This document shows positions 1 to 9,792 of a stretch of DNA of 64,000 nucleotides, piece by piece (position 1 is the first letter of the stretch; each line of letters begins with the position of its first letter). The position numbers and the translations under genes were made by a program. The notes below the pieces were generated by a model. The model saw only the letters and a program-made list of their open reading frames with translations. It ran no database searches and was not told where the DNA came from. Where the stretch lies: assembly GCA_963712745.1 (NCBI GenBank), contig CAVQJC010000001.1, positions 192,001 through 256,000 on the forward strand, written 5' to 3'. Source of the stretch: an uncultured Chloroflexia bacterium (GTDB lineage: Bacteria > Chloroflexota > Limnocylindria > Limnocylindrales > CSP1-4).

Positions 1-196
1 CTCATCTTCGGTGGCCCCGGCGGGCACCGCCGACGCGACCATGAGCCCGGGACAGCAGCCCGAGCACGCGCAGCCCAAGGTCTCGACGGACCCTGGCACT
101 AGTGCAGCCGTTGGCGATGTCGACACGATGTCGTCATCGCGTGGCTTGCGAGGGCCGCAGCTGGTCGCCTAGGCGCGCCTGTCGCAGAATGGCCGA

Positions 197-607
197 GTGA
201 AACGCGAAGCGCCGTCCGCAGAAGCCGACGAACGATCAGGGCGCCCCTCCTGGCGTTCCCTGCCCCGTCGTGCCCTGGGCTTCCGTGTCGCTCACATCGC
301 CTGGGGCGTCATCGAACTCGGAGCCCTGACCCATGTATGGGGCAGCGCTCTGCTGCGACGTCGAGACCGCTACCTGTGGGCCTCGATGCTGCTGTTGCTG
401 TTACAGGGCGCAGCACTCGTGGTGGGTCGAGGCAACTGCCCGTTCGGACCCGTCCAGCGGCAGCTGGGCGATCCCGTGCCGATGTTCGAGCTGGCCCTGC
501 CCCCGCGAGCAGCCAAAGCCGCGATCCCCGTCCTCTTCGTGGTCGCGGTGGCTGGGATCATCGCCGCGATCGTGCGATCCCCGGCGCGACCGTCCTCGCT
601 GAGCTGA
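197..607 (+). CDS. small membrane protein (DUF2784-like)
   Basis: 136-aa ORF, three hydrophobic stretches, H-x-x-W and GNCP motifs; CAGAAT (-10-like) 6 nt upstream of the GTG. Confidence 0.55.
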   Translation: MKREAPSAEADERSGRPSWRSLPRRALGFRVAHIAWGVIELGALTHVWGSALLRRRDRYLWASMLLLLLQGAALVVGRGNCPFGPVQRQLGDPVPMFELALPPRAAKAAIPVLFVVAVAGIIAAIVRSPARPSSLS

Positions 608-634
608 CCGAGGGTCCCGGACGCTCCCCTGGCG

Positions 635-1633
635 CTACGGTGCGACGCGACCTGTTCGCGCCTGCATCACGGGCGCGATCTGCACCAGGACCACGCCGCC
701 CATGGCCAGCACGATCCCGACGATCTGTGCGATATCGAGGCCTTCACCGAGCACGACCCACCCGAGCAGTGCGATCTGCACGATGGTCAGGTCGCCGAGG
801 ACGCTCGACTCTACGGCTCGGAGCGAGCGCTGCGACTGGGCCCAGAGCGTGTAGGTCAAGGCGGTGTTGACCACAGCCAGCCAGACGATGAGCAGCCAGG
901 CGGTGGGGCTGAACGTGGGCACGCCCTCGACCAGCAGCGCGAGCACCAGGGTCATGGCCGCGCCGAAGAGCATGGCGATGGCGGTCATGCTCGCCGGTCC
1001 TCCGTAACTGCTCGAGTCCACCGCGACACGGCGACCGAGGACCGCGGCTCCACCCACCACGATCGGGATGGACACGGCCGCGAGCAGTCCGGGCGTGGCA
1101 CCGCCGGAGGGTGCCTCCAGCCCGAAGTAGACGAGGATCCCCGCGATCAGGACGGCGATGCCGCCGAGCTGGAGCGGGCTTGCGCGCTCGCGCCTGCTGC
1201 GCAGCGCCACCGCTGCGGTGACCACGGGGGCCAGGCCCATGAAGAGGCCGACCGTCGAGGCCTCCAGCTGCCCGAGCGCCACGTAGAAGCCCACTTGGGC
1301 GAGGCCGAAGAGCAACAGGCCGTAGATGGCCACGCCGGACAGCCACCGACGGCTTCCGTGCCAGGTAGGAGCAGCCCGGATCCCTGGCAGTGCGAGGGGC
1401 AGCAGCAGCATCGCCGCCACTGCGAACCGTGTGCCCGCGAAACCGATGGGCTGGATGTCCTCGTCACTCACGCCGATGCGGATCAGCACCACCGACGTCG
1501 CCCACAGGAAGGTGACGACGACGCCGATGGTGACAGCCACTCGTCGACTCGAAGCCGGCCTGTCCAGCCATCGACCGGGCAGGTCCGCCCGTTGCTCCGT
1601 CATGCGGCTCCACGGTAGCCGACGCGCGTTCAC
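635..1633 (-). CDS. DMT/EamA family transporter
   Basis: About 10 TM segments in two EamA repeats (FLWATS...RF; LGWVVLGE...QIVG); start may be ~30 nt downstream. Confidence 0.85.
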   Translation of the reverse strand: MNARRLPWSRMTEQRADLPGRWLDRPASSRRVAVTIGVVVTFLWATSVVLIRIGVSDEDIQPIGFAGTRFAVAAMLLLPLALPGIRAAPTWHGSRRWLSGVAIYGLLLFGLAQVGFYVALGQLEASTVGLFMGLAPVVTAAVALRSRRERASPLQLGGIAVLIAGILVYFGLEAPSGGATPGLLAAVSIPIVVGGAAVLGRRVAVDSSSYGGPASMTAIAMLFGAAMTLVLALLVEGVPTFSPTAWLLIVWLAVVNTALTYTLWAQSQRSLRAVESSVLGDLTIVQIALLGWVVLGEGLDIAQIVGIVLAMGGVVLVQIAPVMQARTGRVAP

Positions 1634-1729
1634 TCATGGCCAGCAGATGCGAGGGTCGTCCGCTCAGCGTCAGTCAGATCGGATCGGGCCGTCGCGACAC
1701 CGTCGACCGGCACATGGCCGACGACACGG

Positions 1730-2761
1730 TCAGCTGGGCCGATAGCCCAGACCGTCGGCCAGGGCCAGACGCTCGCTGACCGTGCCGATGCCGTCCGACG
1801 TGTGCGCATCTCGGATGCACGCTGCGGCCGCAGCGGCGCCAAGTCGGAGGCAGGCCTCCACGGACCAGCTCTCGTGCAGCCCGTAGATGACGCCCGCAGC
1901 GAACGCGTCGCCGGCGCCAGTCGTGCTGATGACCTGATCCGGGGCCAGGCGTACGGAACCTTGCCGCCACACCTGCCCATCCGGCATCGCCGCAACGGCG
2001 CCGGCGGGGAAGTGCACGACCGCGAGCGAGGAGACACCACGCTCGATCAGCCCGCGCGCCAGCTCTTCCATGGCCGCCCAATCCACCGGCGCATCCGCGT
2101 CCGGCGCTGACGCACGGATGCCGGTCAGGGCACTGGCCTCCAGCTCGTTGATGATGACCGAATCGAGGTACGGCAGGCACGGGCCGACCACTCGCTCCAG
2201 GCGCTCCGGCGCCAGCGTGGCGAGCTCGAGATTGGCGTGTATGCCCGCCGCCCGAGCAGCCGCCAGCAGCCGCGACCATCCGCTGGAACCGTCCGATTCG
2301 GTCTGCTCCATGAGCGGATGGAAGCCAAGATTGCCGACATGCAGGATGCGCGCCTCGAACTCCACGAGCGCGCTGGGCTCGACTTCGAGCAGGCCGTTCG
2401 TTCCGAGGTAGGTGAAGAACGTGCGCCGGCCACCTTCGCGCTCCACCATCACGTCCGTGAAGGCGGTGGTGGCCCCGTCGCGGACCCTGACTCGCCCGGT
2501 CTCGATGGCATCGCCGGCGCAGGCCTCCAGGATGAATGCGCCGTCGGCATCATCAGCAACACACCCAAGGAGCTCGACCGGGAATGCCGCCCCGAGTCGC
2601 CGCAGGTCCCGTGACAGGTTGAGTGCAGCGCCGCCCGTGCTCCGGGAGATGTCCTCGATCGTGGCGAGGGCGTCGATGGGCGGGTAGGCGTCAATGGTCT
2701 TGCCGTAGTCGACGAGCGCCGATCCGATGCAGAGGACCCCGCTCCGCTCCGCGCCAGTCAT
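1730..2761 (-). CDS. PfkB family carbohydrate kinase
   Basis: GGAALN N-terminal motif, NELEA, STTGAGDAFAAG signature. Confidence 0.9.
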   Translation of the reverse strand: MTGAERSGVLCIGSALVDYGKTIDAYPPIDALATIEDISRSTGGAALNLSRDLRRLGAAFPVELLGCVADDADGAFILEACAGDAIETGRVRVRDGATTAFTDVMVEREGGRRTFFTYLGTNGLLEVEPSALVEFEARILHVGNLGFHPLMEQTESDGSSGWSRLLAAARAAGIHANLELATLAPERLERVVGPCLPYLDSVIINELEASALTGIRASAPDADAPVDWAAMEELARGLIERGVSSLAVVHFPAGAVAAMPDGQVWRQGSVRLAPDQVISTTGAGDAFAAGVIYGLHESWSVEACLRLGAAAAAACIRDAHTSDGIGTVSERLALADGLGYRPS

Positions 2762-3831
2762 TCGGAACGCAGCACCGGGTCTGTCAGCTCCAGGTCCTCG
2801 TCAAGGGTCCGGCGCGGTCGCACATCTGCCCGCGCGAGGGCCTCGTGGTACGCCCGCACTGCGTCTGCCGAGCTCAGCTCGCCGCGCAGCACCGGGCGTA
2901 GCAGGTCGACCAGGTCGAGCTGGGATTCCGCATGCTGGATCTTGCGGCCGAAGAGCGCCACCCGAGCGCCGTGCTCATGCGCTCGATGCAGCAGCTCGAA
3001 GGTGTCACGGGTGGTGCCCACGGCACCGCCGTAGACCCCGACGACCAGCGACGGATCGTGCTCGGTGAGCTCCAGCAAGGCATCCGCACCGTTGTAGCCC
3101 AGCTTGAGGAAGACCGGTCGTTGCGCCTGCGTGACTCCGGCGAGCGCTCGCACGATCGAGTCATTGACGAACGAGGCCATCTGCTCCGGCTCCAGGCGGC
3201 TCGGCGCATTGGGATTGAACACCTCCAGGAAGTGGCGCATGCCGATCGATGCGGCCTCGCGGCGGAACGCGGCGTACGCCTCCAGCGAGACCAGGTCCGC
3301 CTCGAGGTCATTGTTGAAGGTGATGGAGTACAGGACCAAGTCGCAGAACGGCCGGATGGCGGCCAGGTCCACGGTCCGGAACGGGCGGGACGGCATGGAC
3401 GCGTATCCGGCTCCGCGCCCGACCCACACGTCGCTGGTGTCATTGGCGCGGATGGCCAGGGTGATGTCCGCCGGCAGGGAGCCATCGGCCGCGAGGCGCT
3501 CGCCGTTGGGGGCCGAGGTCAGCAGGATGTCGATGACGCCGCGATCGGCCTGGGCGCGCATGTCCTCGAGGTACCGCGCCCGGGTCCGGGAGCGACCCGG
3601 GCCGAGCACTCCATCGGGCGCCTCGTCGACGGGCCCAGCGGCAGTGAGCCCGAAGCCCATGTCCGCGTCCTTGGCGTCTGCGATCACGAAATCGTCCGGC
3701 GTGTATCGCCCCTCCGCCATGGCACGGAGCTTGCGGTCAAGTCTGCGGTCGAGTTCGATCACGCTTTGGCTCCGGGGCAGCTGTTCGGTGGCAGGGTCGA
3801 TGAGAGCGGTAGCGCAACGCGCGGATCTCAC
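2758..3831 (-). CDS. conserved hypothetical protein, class I aldolase-like TIM barrel
   Basis: 357-aa ORF coupled to PfkB (ATGA overlap); HFLEVFNP, FLKLGY (candidate Schiff-base Lys), ALFGRKI phosphate-binding-like motif; start uncertain. Confidence 0.6.
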   Translation of the reverse strand: MRSARCATALIDPATEQLPRSQSVIELDRRLDRKLRAMAEGRYTPDDFVIADAKDADMGFGLTAAGPVDEAPDGVLGPGRSRTRARYLEDMRAQADRGVIDILLTSAPNGERLAADGSLPADITLAIRANDTSDVWVGRGAGYASMPSRPFRTVDLAAIRPFCDLVLYSITFNNDLEADLVSLEAYAAFRREAASIGMRHFLEVFNPNAPSRLEPEQMASFVNDSIVRALAGVTQAQRPVFLKLGYNGADALLELTEHDPSLVVGVYGGAVGTTRDTFELLHRAHEHGARVALFGRKIQHAESQLDLVDLLRPVLRGELSSADAVRAYHEALARADVRPRRTLDEDLELTDPVLRSE

Positions 3832-3922
3832 CGGTCGTCATCTCGACCGGACCCTGCTAGCGAAGCTGACCTCGCGACGTGCACGCGATCCCTGGCCCAG
3901 GCAGCGTCGTCAAGCCAGCACC

Positions 3923-3950
3923 ACGGCCAATCGGTTGACAGCCGCCCGCT
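3923..3950 (-). repeat. degenerate tRNA-Asn fragment (att-like relic)
   Basis: acggccaatcggttgacagccgcccgct matches the tRNA segment acgaccaatcggttaacagccgaccgct at 25/28, same orientation, intergenic. Confidence 0.65.
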
Positions 3951-4090
3951 GCGCCAGCAGCGCCAGCAGGTCTCGCTCGGCACCAGGATGCTGTCTGCGA
4001 GGCTGGCTCGCCGAGCCAGGTCCGGTCCTGATGGCCCTTGTGCCTCACGGTCGCCGGGTGCAGCGTGTGCTCCGCAGCACGGGGTAAGGC

Positions 4091-5608
4091 GTGATGAAGC
4101 TACAGTTCGTGGGAGCGGCCACCACGGTCACCGGCTCCCAGTTCCTCCTCACCACCGACCAGGCTCGAGTGCTCGTCGACTGCGGTATGTTCCAAGGCCT
4201 GCCCTCGGACGTGGAGCGTAACCGCGCGGCCCTCCCCTACGACCCTGCCTCGTTGGACGCGGTGCTCCTCACGCATGCCCACCTGGACCACTGCGGCTAC
4301 CTGCCGGTGGTCGTGCGGGACGGATTCGATGGTCCCGTCGTCCTCACCTCCGCAACCGCCGACCTGACGATGCTGATCCTGACCGACAGCGCGAAGATCC
4401 AGCTGGAGCGGGCCCGCCGTCGCGATCGCCGCAAGCACCACCGCTCGCATGACGCTGACGCGCGTCCCGATCAGAGGGGCGAGCGCCAACAGGACGAGGA
4501 GGCACTTCTGCGGGCACAGCCCCCTGAAGTCAGGTTGCGCGACGACGAGCCGCTCTACGACCTCGGCGACGTCCTCGAAGCGTCGCAGCGATTCCGGACG
4601 GTCCGCTACGGCGAGCCGAGAGCAGTGGCACCCGGCGTCACAGCCACGTTCGAAGATGCCGGCCACATCCTCGGCTCGGCCATCATCGTGCTCGAGGTCG
4701 AGGAGGCCGGGCGCTCGTGGCGGCTCGTGTTCTCGGGGGATCTGGGACGCCCCGGCACGCCCATCATCGAGGATCCGACGCCCATCACCGCCGGCGCCGA
4801 CTTCGTCATCACCGAATCGACGTATGGGGGACGCCACCACGAGCCGGCCGCCGAGGCGGTCGAGCAACTGGCCGATGCGGTGCGGGAGACCGTCGATGGT
4901 CACGGAGTGCTACTCATCCCCTCCTTCGCGGTGGGCCGGACCCAGGAGATCGTGTGGCACCTGGACCGCCTGCTGAGCGCCGGCGAGATCCCACACGTGC
5001 CGCTCTACCTCGACTCGCCGATGGCGTCGCTCGCGAGTGACATCTACCGCAAGCATCCGGGCTACTACGATGAGGAGACGCGCCACCTGCTGGAGACCGG
5101 GGAGACGCCGCTCGACTACCCCGGTGCGGTCGTCGCGGACACCGCCCGCCGCTCACGTGCCATCGCCACGGCGCCACGGCCGATGATCATCGTGGCCTCC
5201 AGCGGCATGCTCACCGGCGGGCGCGTACTCAACCACCTCGCCGACCTCGTCGATGACCCGGCCATGACGCTGCTCTTCGTGGGCTACCAGGGTCAGGGCA
5301 CGCTGGGCGCGCACATCCAGGGCGGTGCCCGAGCGGTGAAGCTCGATGGCGCCCAGCGGGAGGTCCACTGCCGCATCCGCACCATCGACGGGTTCTCCGC
5401 GCATGCAGACGAGACGGAGCTGCTCGACTGGCTGGCCCACTTCGCTCGCGCCGAGCGGAAGCCGCAGCGGGTCTTCCTCGTGCACGGCGACCCGGAGGCA
5501 TCGGCAGCGCTGGAGCCCAAGGTCCGGGCGCTTGGCCTCGAGACCTATCGACCGGGCTGGCGAGAGGAAGTGGTCCTGAGCGAACCACCGCGGGAGGCCG
5601 ACGGCTGA
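4091..5608 (+). CDS. MBL-fold beta-CASP ribonuclease (YSH1/TTHA0252-like)
   Basis: THAHLDHCG, AGHILGS, FSGDLG, ESTYG, FSAHAD and VHGD motifs. Confidence 0.9.
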   Translation: MMKLQFVGAATTVTGSQFLLTTDQARVLVDCGMFQGLPSDVERNRAALPYDPASLDAVLLTHAHLDHCGYLPVVVRDGFDGPVVLTSATADLTMLILTDSAKIQLERARRRDRRKHHRSHDADARPDQRGERQQDEEALLRAQPPEVRLRDDEPLYDLGDVLEASQRFRTVRYGEPRAVAPGVTATFEDAGHILGSAIIVLEVEEAGRSWRLVFSGDLGRPGTPIIEDPTPITAGADFVITESTYGGRHHEPAAEAVEQLADAVRETVDGHGVLLIPSFAVGRTQEIVWHLDRLLSAGEIPHVPLYLDSPMASLASDIYRKHPGYYDEETRHLLETGETPLDYPGAVVADTARRSRAIATAPRPMIIVASSGMLTGGRVLNHLADLVDDPAMTLLFVGYQGQGTLGAHIQGGARAVKLDGAQREVHCRIRTIDGFSAHADETELLDWLAHFARAERKPQRVFLVHGDPEASAALEPKVRALGLETYRPGWREEVVLSEPPREADG

Positions 5609-5642
5609 GCGGCTGCTGGTCGTAGCTCTGGTGGCCCGGGTG

Positions 5643-6422
5643 TCAGGGAGCGGTGGGTCGTCCCCCGTGGGAGGCGATGAAGCGTCGCACGGCCGACCAT
5701 GCATCCGTCGCAGCCTCGGCGTGGTCTGCCTGGGCGCGGTCGAAGAACGAATGCGGCGCGTTCTCATACGTTCGGATGTCGTGCTCGACCGACGCGGCTG
5801 CGAGCGCCTTCCTGAACGACTCCACATCGGTCGCAGGGATCTTCTGGTCCGCTCCGCCGAAGATGCGGAGCACCGGCGACTCCAACTTGCCCGCGACCGC
5901 AGCCGGCGCGGGTGTGTCATTGAGGAACGGGCCCACCGGCCAGCCGTAGAACCCGATGACGCCGGCCATCCGCAGCGCTGGCAGCGAGCCCAGCAGGAAT
6001 GACACGCGACCGCCGAAGCAGAAGCCGATGGAGAAGAGGGACTCGACGTGTCGGCGCATCCTCAGATGAGCGGCCGCGGCCGTGACGTCGGCCTGCAGCT
6101 CCGTCCACTTCGTCTGGCCAGCGAGTCGCTGAGGCTCGAACGAGGCGTCGCGTGGCGGTGGCCCGGCGATGCGGTCGTAGTAGTCGATGGCCACGGCATC
6201 GATGCCGTCCTCCGCGAAGCGCAGCGCCAGCTCGCGGTAGAAGCCGGTGAGCCCGTTGTAGTCGGGCAGCACGATGATGCCGATGCCTGTGGGTCGGGCT
6301 GCGTCGGCCTGATAGGCGGTACAGCGGCTACCGTCCTCGACGATGAGGCCGATCTCGTGACCGCTGGCCGAGCTGTGGGCGGCAGGGTCGATCGGAGGGT
6401 GGCTGTCAGGATCCGAGCACAT
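5643..6422 (-). CDS. dienelactone hydrolase family protein
   Basis: GFCFGG nucleophile motif, FGGAD, APHSFF. Confidence 0.9.
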   Translation of the reverse strand: MCSDPDSHPPIDPAAHSSASGHEIGLIVEDGSRCTAYQADAARPTGIGIIVLPDYNGLTGFYRELALRFAEDGIDAVAIDYYDRIAGPPPRDASFEPQRLAGQTKWTELQADVTAAAAHLRMRRHVESLFSIGFCFGGRVSFLLGSLPALRMAGVIGFYGWPVGPFLNDTPAPAAVAGKLESPVLRIFGGADQKIPATDVESFRKALAAASVEHDIRTYENAPHSFFDRAQADHAEAATDAWSAVRRFIASHGGRPTAP

Positions 6423-6539
6423 CGTTGGGGTCTCCTGTCGCTAGGACACCACGCTATCAGCGCGCGCCAGAGGCCGGCTGACGGCAGCCACGCACCGGGA
6501 CCTCGTTCGCTGATCGACGAGCACGGCGCCGCTGGCTAA

Positions 6540-6564
6540 AACCTACGACCAATCGGTTAACAGC
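6540..6564 (-). repeat. att-like exact copy of tRNA-Asn anticodon-to-T-loop segment
   Basis: aacctacgaccaatcggttaacagc is identical (25/25) to 26369-26393; preceded by tggct like the tRNA CCA end. Confidence 0.85.
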
Positions 6565-6695
6565 GTCCACGCTCGCGACCACATGGCTAGCAGCCCAAGC
6601 GCTCGCGGGACGTCTCCACGTTAGTCACCGGATACCACGCCCGCGTTTGGCAATGCATCCGCTCTGAGTCCGTGCCATCGCCACACGGTGACGAG

Positions 6696-7346
6696 CTACC
6701 GTGTGGACAGGCGGCCCAGTGCAACCCGGCCATCGGCTGCAGCGGGGATCCCCACCCATGCTTCGTGGCCTGGATCTGTCAGGACGGACTGCCTGCGCAA
6801 GTAGCCGCGCTCGCGGGAGGTCAGCTCTTCACGCATGGACCCGGGGTCGGGTACCAACACCAGCAGCCGCGCGAGATCACGGTGGTCTCGAGTCGTCCGC
6901 GACGGTGAGGTGGCGGCACGGGCCTTCATCACGATAGCCCCCGCGAGCGACGGGACCGGCACTTCGAACGTGATGTTTTTGGCAGAGACAGTCACGGTCC
7001 GTTTCCGCTGGAGGGCTTGTCTGCCGCCGGGGGCCTCGATCGTCTCGCCGGGTGGAACCGTGACGATGTCTGCTCGTTCGCCGAGATGGTCGGGCGCCAT
7101 CACATCAACGCTGTCCGAGCCACGTACGAACCGGTAGGTGGCCTCCGTCTCTCTGCTCGGCTCGTACCCCACCTCGACCAAACGCTGCGCCGCGACGCGC
7201 GGAGAACTGAAGACCCCGTTGACGCCCACGACGATGTCGACGTCGGTGGTAGTCCTGCCTACGATCCCGCCGAACTCGGCCTCGAGAACAGCGACCATCT
7301 GACCGCCGACGAGCACCCAGTCGACGTCCGCCAGAAGTCCGCACAC
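6696..7346 (-). CDS. nucleotidyltransferase toxin, AbiEii/MenT-like (type IV TA)
   Basis: LVGG...RTTTDVDIVV NTase motif, KARA, RDHRDLA; frame stays open upstream to a CTG overlapping the antitoxin stop (~7409). Confidence 0.7.
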   Translation of the reverse strand: MCGLLADVDWVLVGGQMVAVLEAEFGGIVGRTTTDVDIVVGVNGVFSSPRVAAQRLVEVGYEPSRETEATYRFVRGSDSVDVMAPDHLGERADIVTVPPGETIEAPGGRQALQRKRTVTVSAKNITFEVPVPSLAGAIVMKARAATSPSRTTRDHRDLARLLVLVPDPGSMREELTSRERGYLRRQSVLTDPGHEAWVGIPAAADGRVALGRLSTR

Positions 7347-7405
7347 CTCAGCGGTGGCTGCCCACAGGCGCTCGTCCTGGTCGGTCAGGACCGGGACCGA
7401 GATGC

Positions 7406-8089
7406 TCAGTGCTCGTACTCCGACAGGACCGCCTCACCGACCGATCGAGCCCTCGGGTCGCGATCGCTCGCGAGGTCTAGTGCGACTGCCGATCGCGGGG
7501 CGATGGGCCGGGCCTTCCACTGATGGCCCAGGTCGGGAAGTTGGCGGAGGACTGCATTCCCCTCGCGGCTTGGCTCGAGTGCGTATTTGCCGACAAGGTC
7601 ACGGATCCTCTCGGCCGAGGCATACGCGTCGAGTCGATCGGGATCCGTGAGGCCCATGGACAACTGCGCGGCAGCAGACCCCCCTGAGAGCATCAGGTCT
7701 GGCTCTCGTGCCAGCCGGGCGATATCGGACGGATGGGCTCGGTACCTGTGAGGTTGACCGCGCGTATCCAGGCGTGATGACAGCTCGTTGATCGACCGAC
7801 GCTTCAGGTGCGAGCGCAGTTTGCTGACGCTGACGTTGTCGAGCCACGGCGCGCCGAGGCCATCCGCTAGGAATAGCAGGCCCCAAGCACGCGCAGGTGA
7901 AAAGTGTCTTCCGCTCTTGACCCTGCTTCGGGCACGGTCCTCCAGGGAGGCGACGTCCACGACCCAACTGTTGCCGATCCGCTGAGCTCCAAGCCTTCCG
8001 TCAGCTATCAGCATGAGGACCCGTCGATGAGTCAGACCGAGCCTCTCGGCCGCGTCTGAAACACTGATGACGCGCTGCTTGTTTGCCAT
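7406..8089 (-). CDS. excisionase-type HTH plus AbiEi-like antitoxin
   Basis: ISVSDAAERLGLTHRRVLMLIADGRLGA HTH_17-like N-terminus; SGGSAA...DAY...VALDL...DPR C-terminal domain; start placed at MANKQ from promoter and GAGG. Confidence 0.7.
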   Translation of the reverse strand: MANKQRVISVSDAAERLGLTHRRVLMLIADGRLGAQRIGNSWVVDVASLEDRARSRVKSGRHFSPARAWGLLFLADGLGAPWLDNVSVSKLRSHLKRRSINELSSRLDTRGQPHRYRAHPSDIARLAREPDLMLSGGSAAAQLSMGLTDPDRLDAYASAERIRDLVGKYALEPSREGNAVLRQLPDLGHQWKARPIAPRSAVALDLASDRDPRARSVGEAVLSEYEH

Positions 8090-8116
8090 GTCAATTGCCT
8101 CAACCATTCCTATAAG

Positions 8117-8145
8117 AGAATAGTTGTGGCAATCATGGGTGTCAA
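8117..8145 (-). promoter_or_regulatory. sigma70-type promoter of the TA operon
   Basis: Minus strand TTGACA-17 nt-TATTCT. Confidence 0.75.
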
Positions 8146-8432
8146 GGCTCGGGACGGGCGTTCGACCGTATCGCACCTCTTGACACTTGCGAGATCGTTC
8201 GATCGCAAGTGGTCAGATCCAAACTGATAGCCAGACGGCTAGCAGCCGACGGGGTCGAGGAACTCTCCGAGCGTGCGGAAGAGACCGCGCAGCGGGCTCG
8301 TCTAGCTCCCCTATCTGTCAGGCTGAGGTGCGCATTCGGGTGGAGCTATCTGGCTAGGAACCGGCCCGCGGCCAGCAACAGCCTCTGGCGCCCCGGTACC
8401 CGGACCCACCCGGCGAGGCCGCCGTCGGGCCG

Positions 8433-8588
8433 ATAGCGCCCATGGCGATGGGCCGCCTCGACGAAGGCGTGCATGTTGTCGGCCGGCGTCTCGGGCGGCA
8501 GAGCGCAGCCGTGCCCGATGGTGAGCCCGCCACCGGGCGCAAGCACCGACAGCTCTTCGCGCACTGGCTCGATAAGGCCGTCACCCAC
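8433..8588 (-). pseudogene. C-terminal remnant of a URO-D/MtaA-family methyltransferase
   Basis: VREELSVLAPGGGLTIGHGCALPPETPADNMHAFVEAAHRHGRY aligns to the C-terminus of 22970-24002. Confidence 0.7.
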
Positions 8589-8726
8589 GCTTGGGCTAGC
8601 GATCGTTCGGTGCGTCCGGCGCGAGGTGGATGGGGAGGAGACGACTTGAGTAGCGGGGTCAGCTGTCGCCTTTGAACAGTTCGCCGAGTGCGGCGCTGGT
8701 CGGCGGAGACAGAAGCCGGTACCCCA

Positions 8727-9792
8727 TCAGCGGACCTCGCCGTCTTCGTCGATACCATTGATGCGGTCGCGATCGTCGTACGCCACGGCGATGAGGCGCG
8801 ACTCGAGCCTGCCCTCCGCGGGGAGGGTCACGGCGCTGCCGTTGTCGATCGCTTCTAGCAGCCCAGAGTCTGGCCAGCTGGTCCACGGCTCGAGCGCACA
8901 CGTGTACTCGCGGCCCCACCAGGGTGCATCCGGCTCTCCCCCCCACACCTGCCAGAACCAGAGGTACGGGAAGAGCGACGCATCCCACCGCAGTCCGAAG
9001 CCGACTCGCTTTCGGCCGCTGGTGATGCCGTACCAGCCCTCGTCGAAGCCACGAAGACAGACCCACTCGGAGCGACGGGCGTCCACGGACGGCACCACAC
9101 TGAGGTCGAGCGTGCCGCCATCGGCCAGCCGGGCATGGGGCCAGCGGAACTCATGGTCGAACTCAAGTGTGCTCGTCGGCAGCGGGCCTGATCGCCGCGT
9201 GCTCCCCTGGCATTCGGGCAAGTCGATGCGGCAGCTGTCGTCGAGGAAGGGTGCCCCGAACGCCGGGTGCTGCCCCCACATCAACTGGATGGGCACCATT
9301 GAGAGGTTGTTCACTGTCTCGTCGATGATCAGCGCAGACGATCCCGCACGAAGCGACAATCGCTTCTCCACCCGGAACGGCGTGAGCGGGGTCTCGACAG
9401 ACAGTGCGATCGTGACTAGCTCGGGCCTGTCGACCTCGACAACGGCATTCCAGCGGGAGGACCATAGCTCACCGTGGAATGGGGTACTCAGCACCGCGGT
9501 ACGTGACGCCCGGGCCGCCGTTGGGCAGGCATTCCTGCCAACCGCCCTCCCACTCGTCGAGGAAAGCGAAGACGCCCGAGGCTGACCGGCGACCGCCCGG
9601 CATCGGTGGCTGCAGTCCAGCAGAGCTTCGCCACAGGAAGTCCGTATCGGATGGCTTGTGCACGAAGGACGTGACATCGGAGCCTTTATCCGGCAGAAGC
9701 TCCACCCGGACCACCTCGTTCTCGAGTGAGAGGACGCGGCGGCCGGCTTCGACGTAGTCGCGAATCCGAGCGCCGAAGTGACGCGCAACCAT
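8727..9792 (-). CDS. aldose 1-epimerase-like (galactose mutarotase fold / DUF4432) protein, one frameshift
   Basis: N-part MVARHFG...GGWQECLPN joins PFHGELW...WGQHPAFG...ALEPWT through a C-run indel near 9480; TGATG overlap with the corrinoid gene. Confidence 0.8.

Noticed and set aside
8230-8250. Third tRNA-Asn relic (gccagacggctagcagccgac)
   Set aside because: Only 16/21 identity in GC-rich DNA; could be chance.
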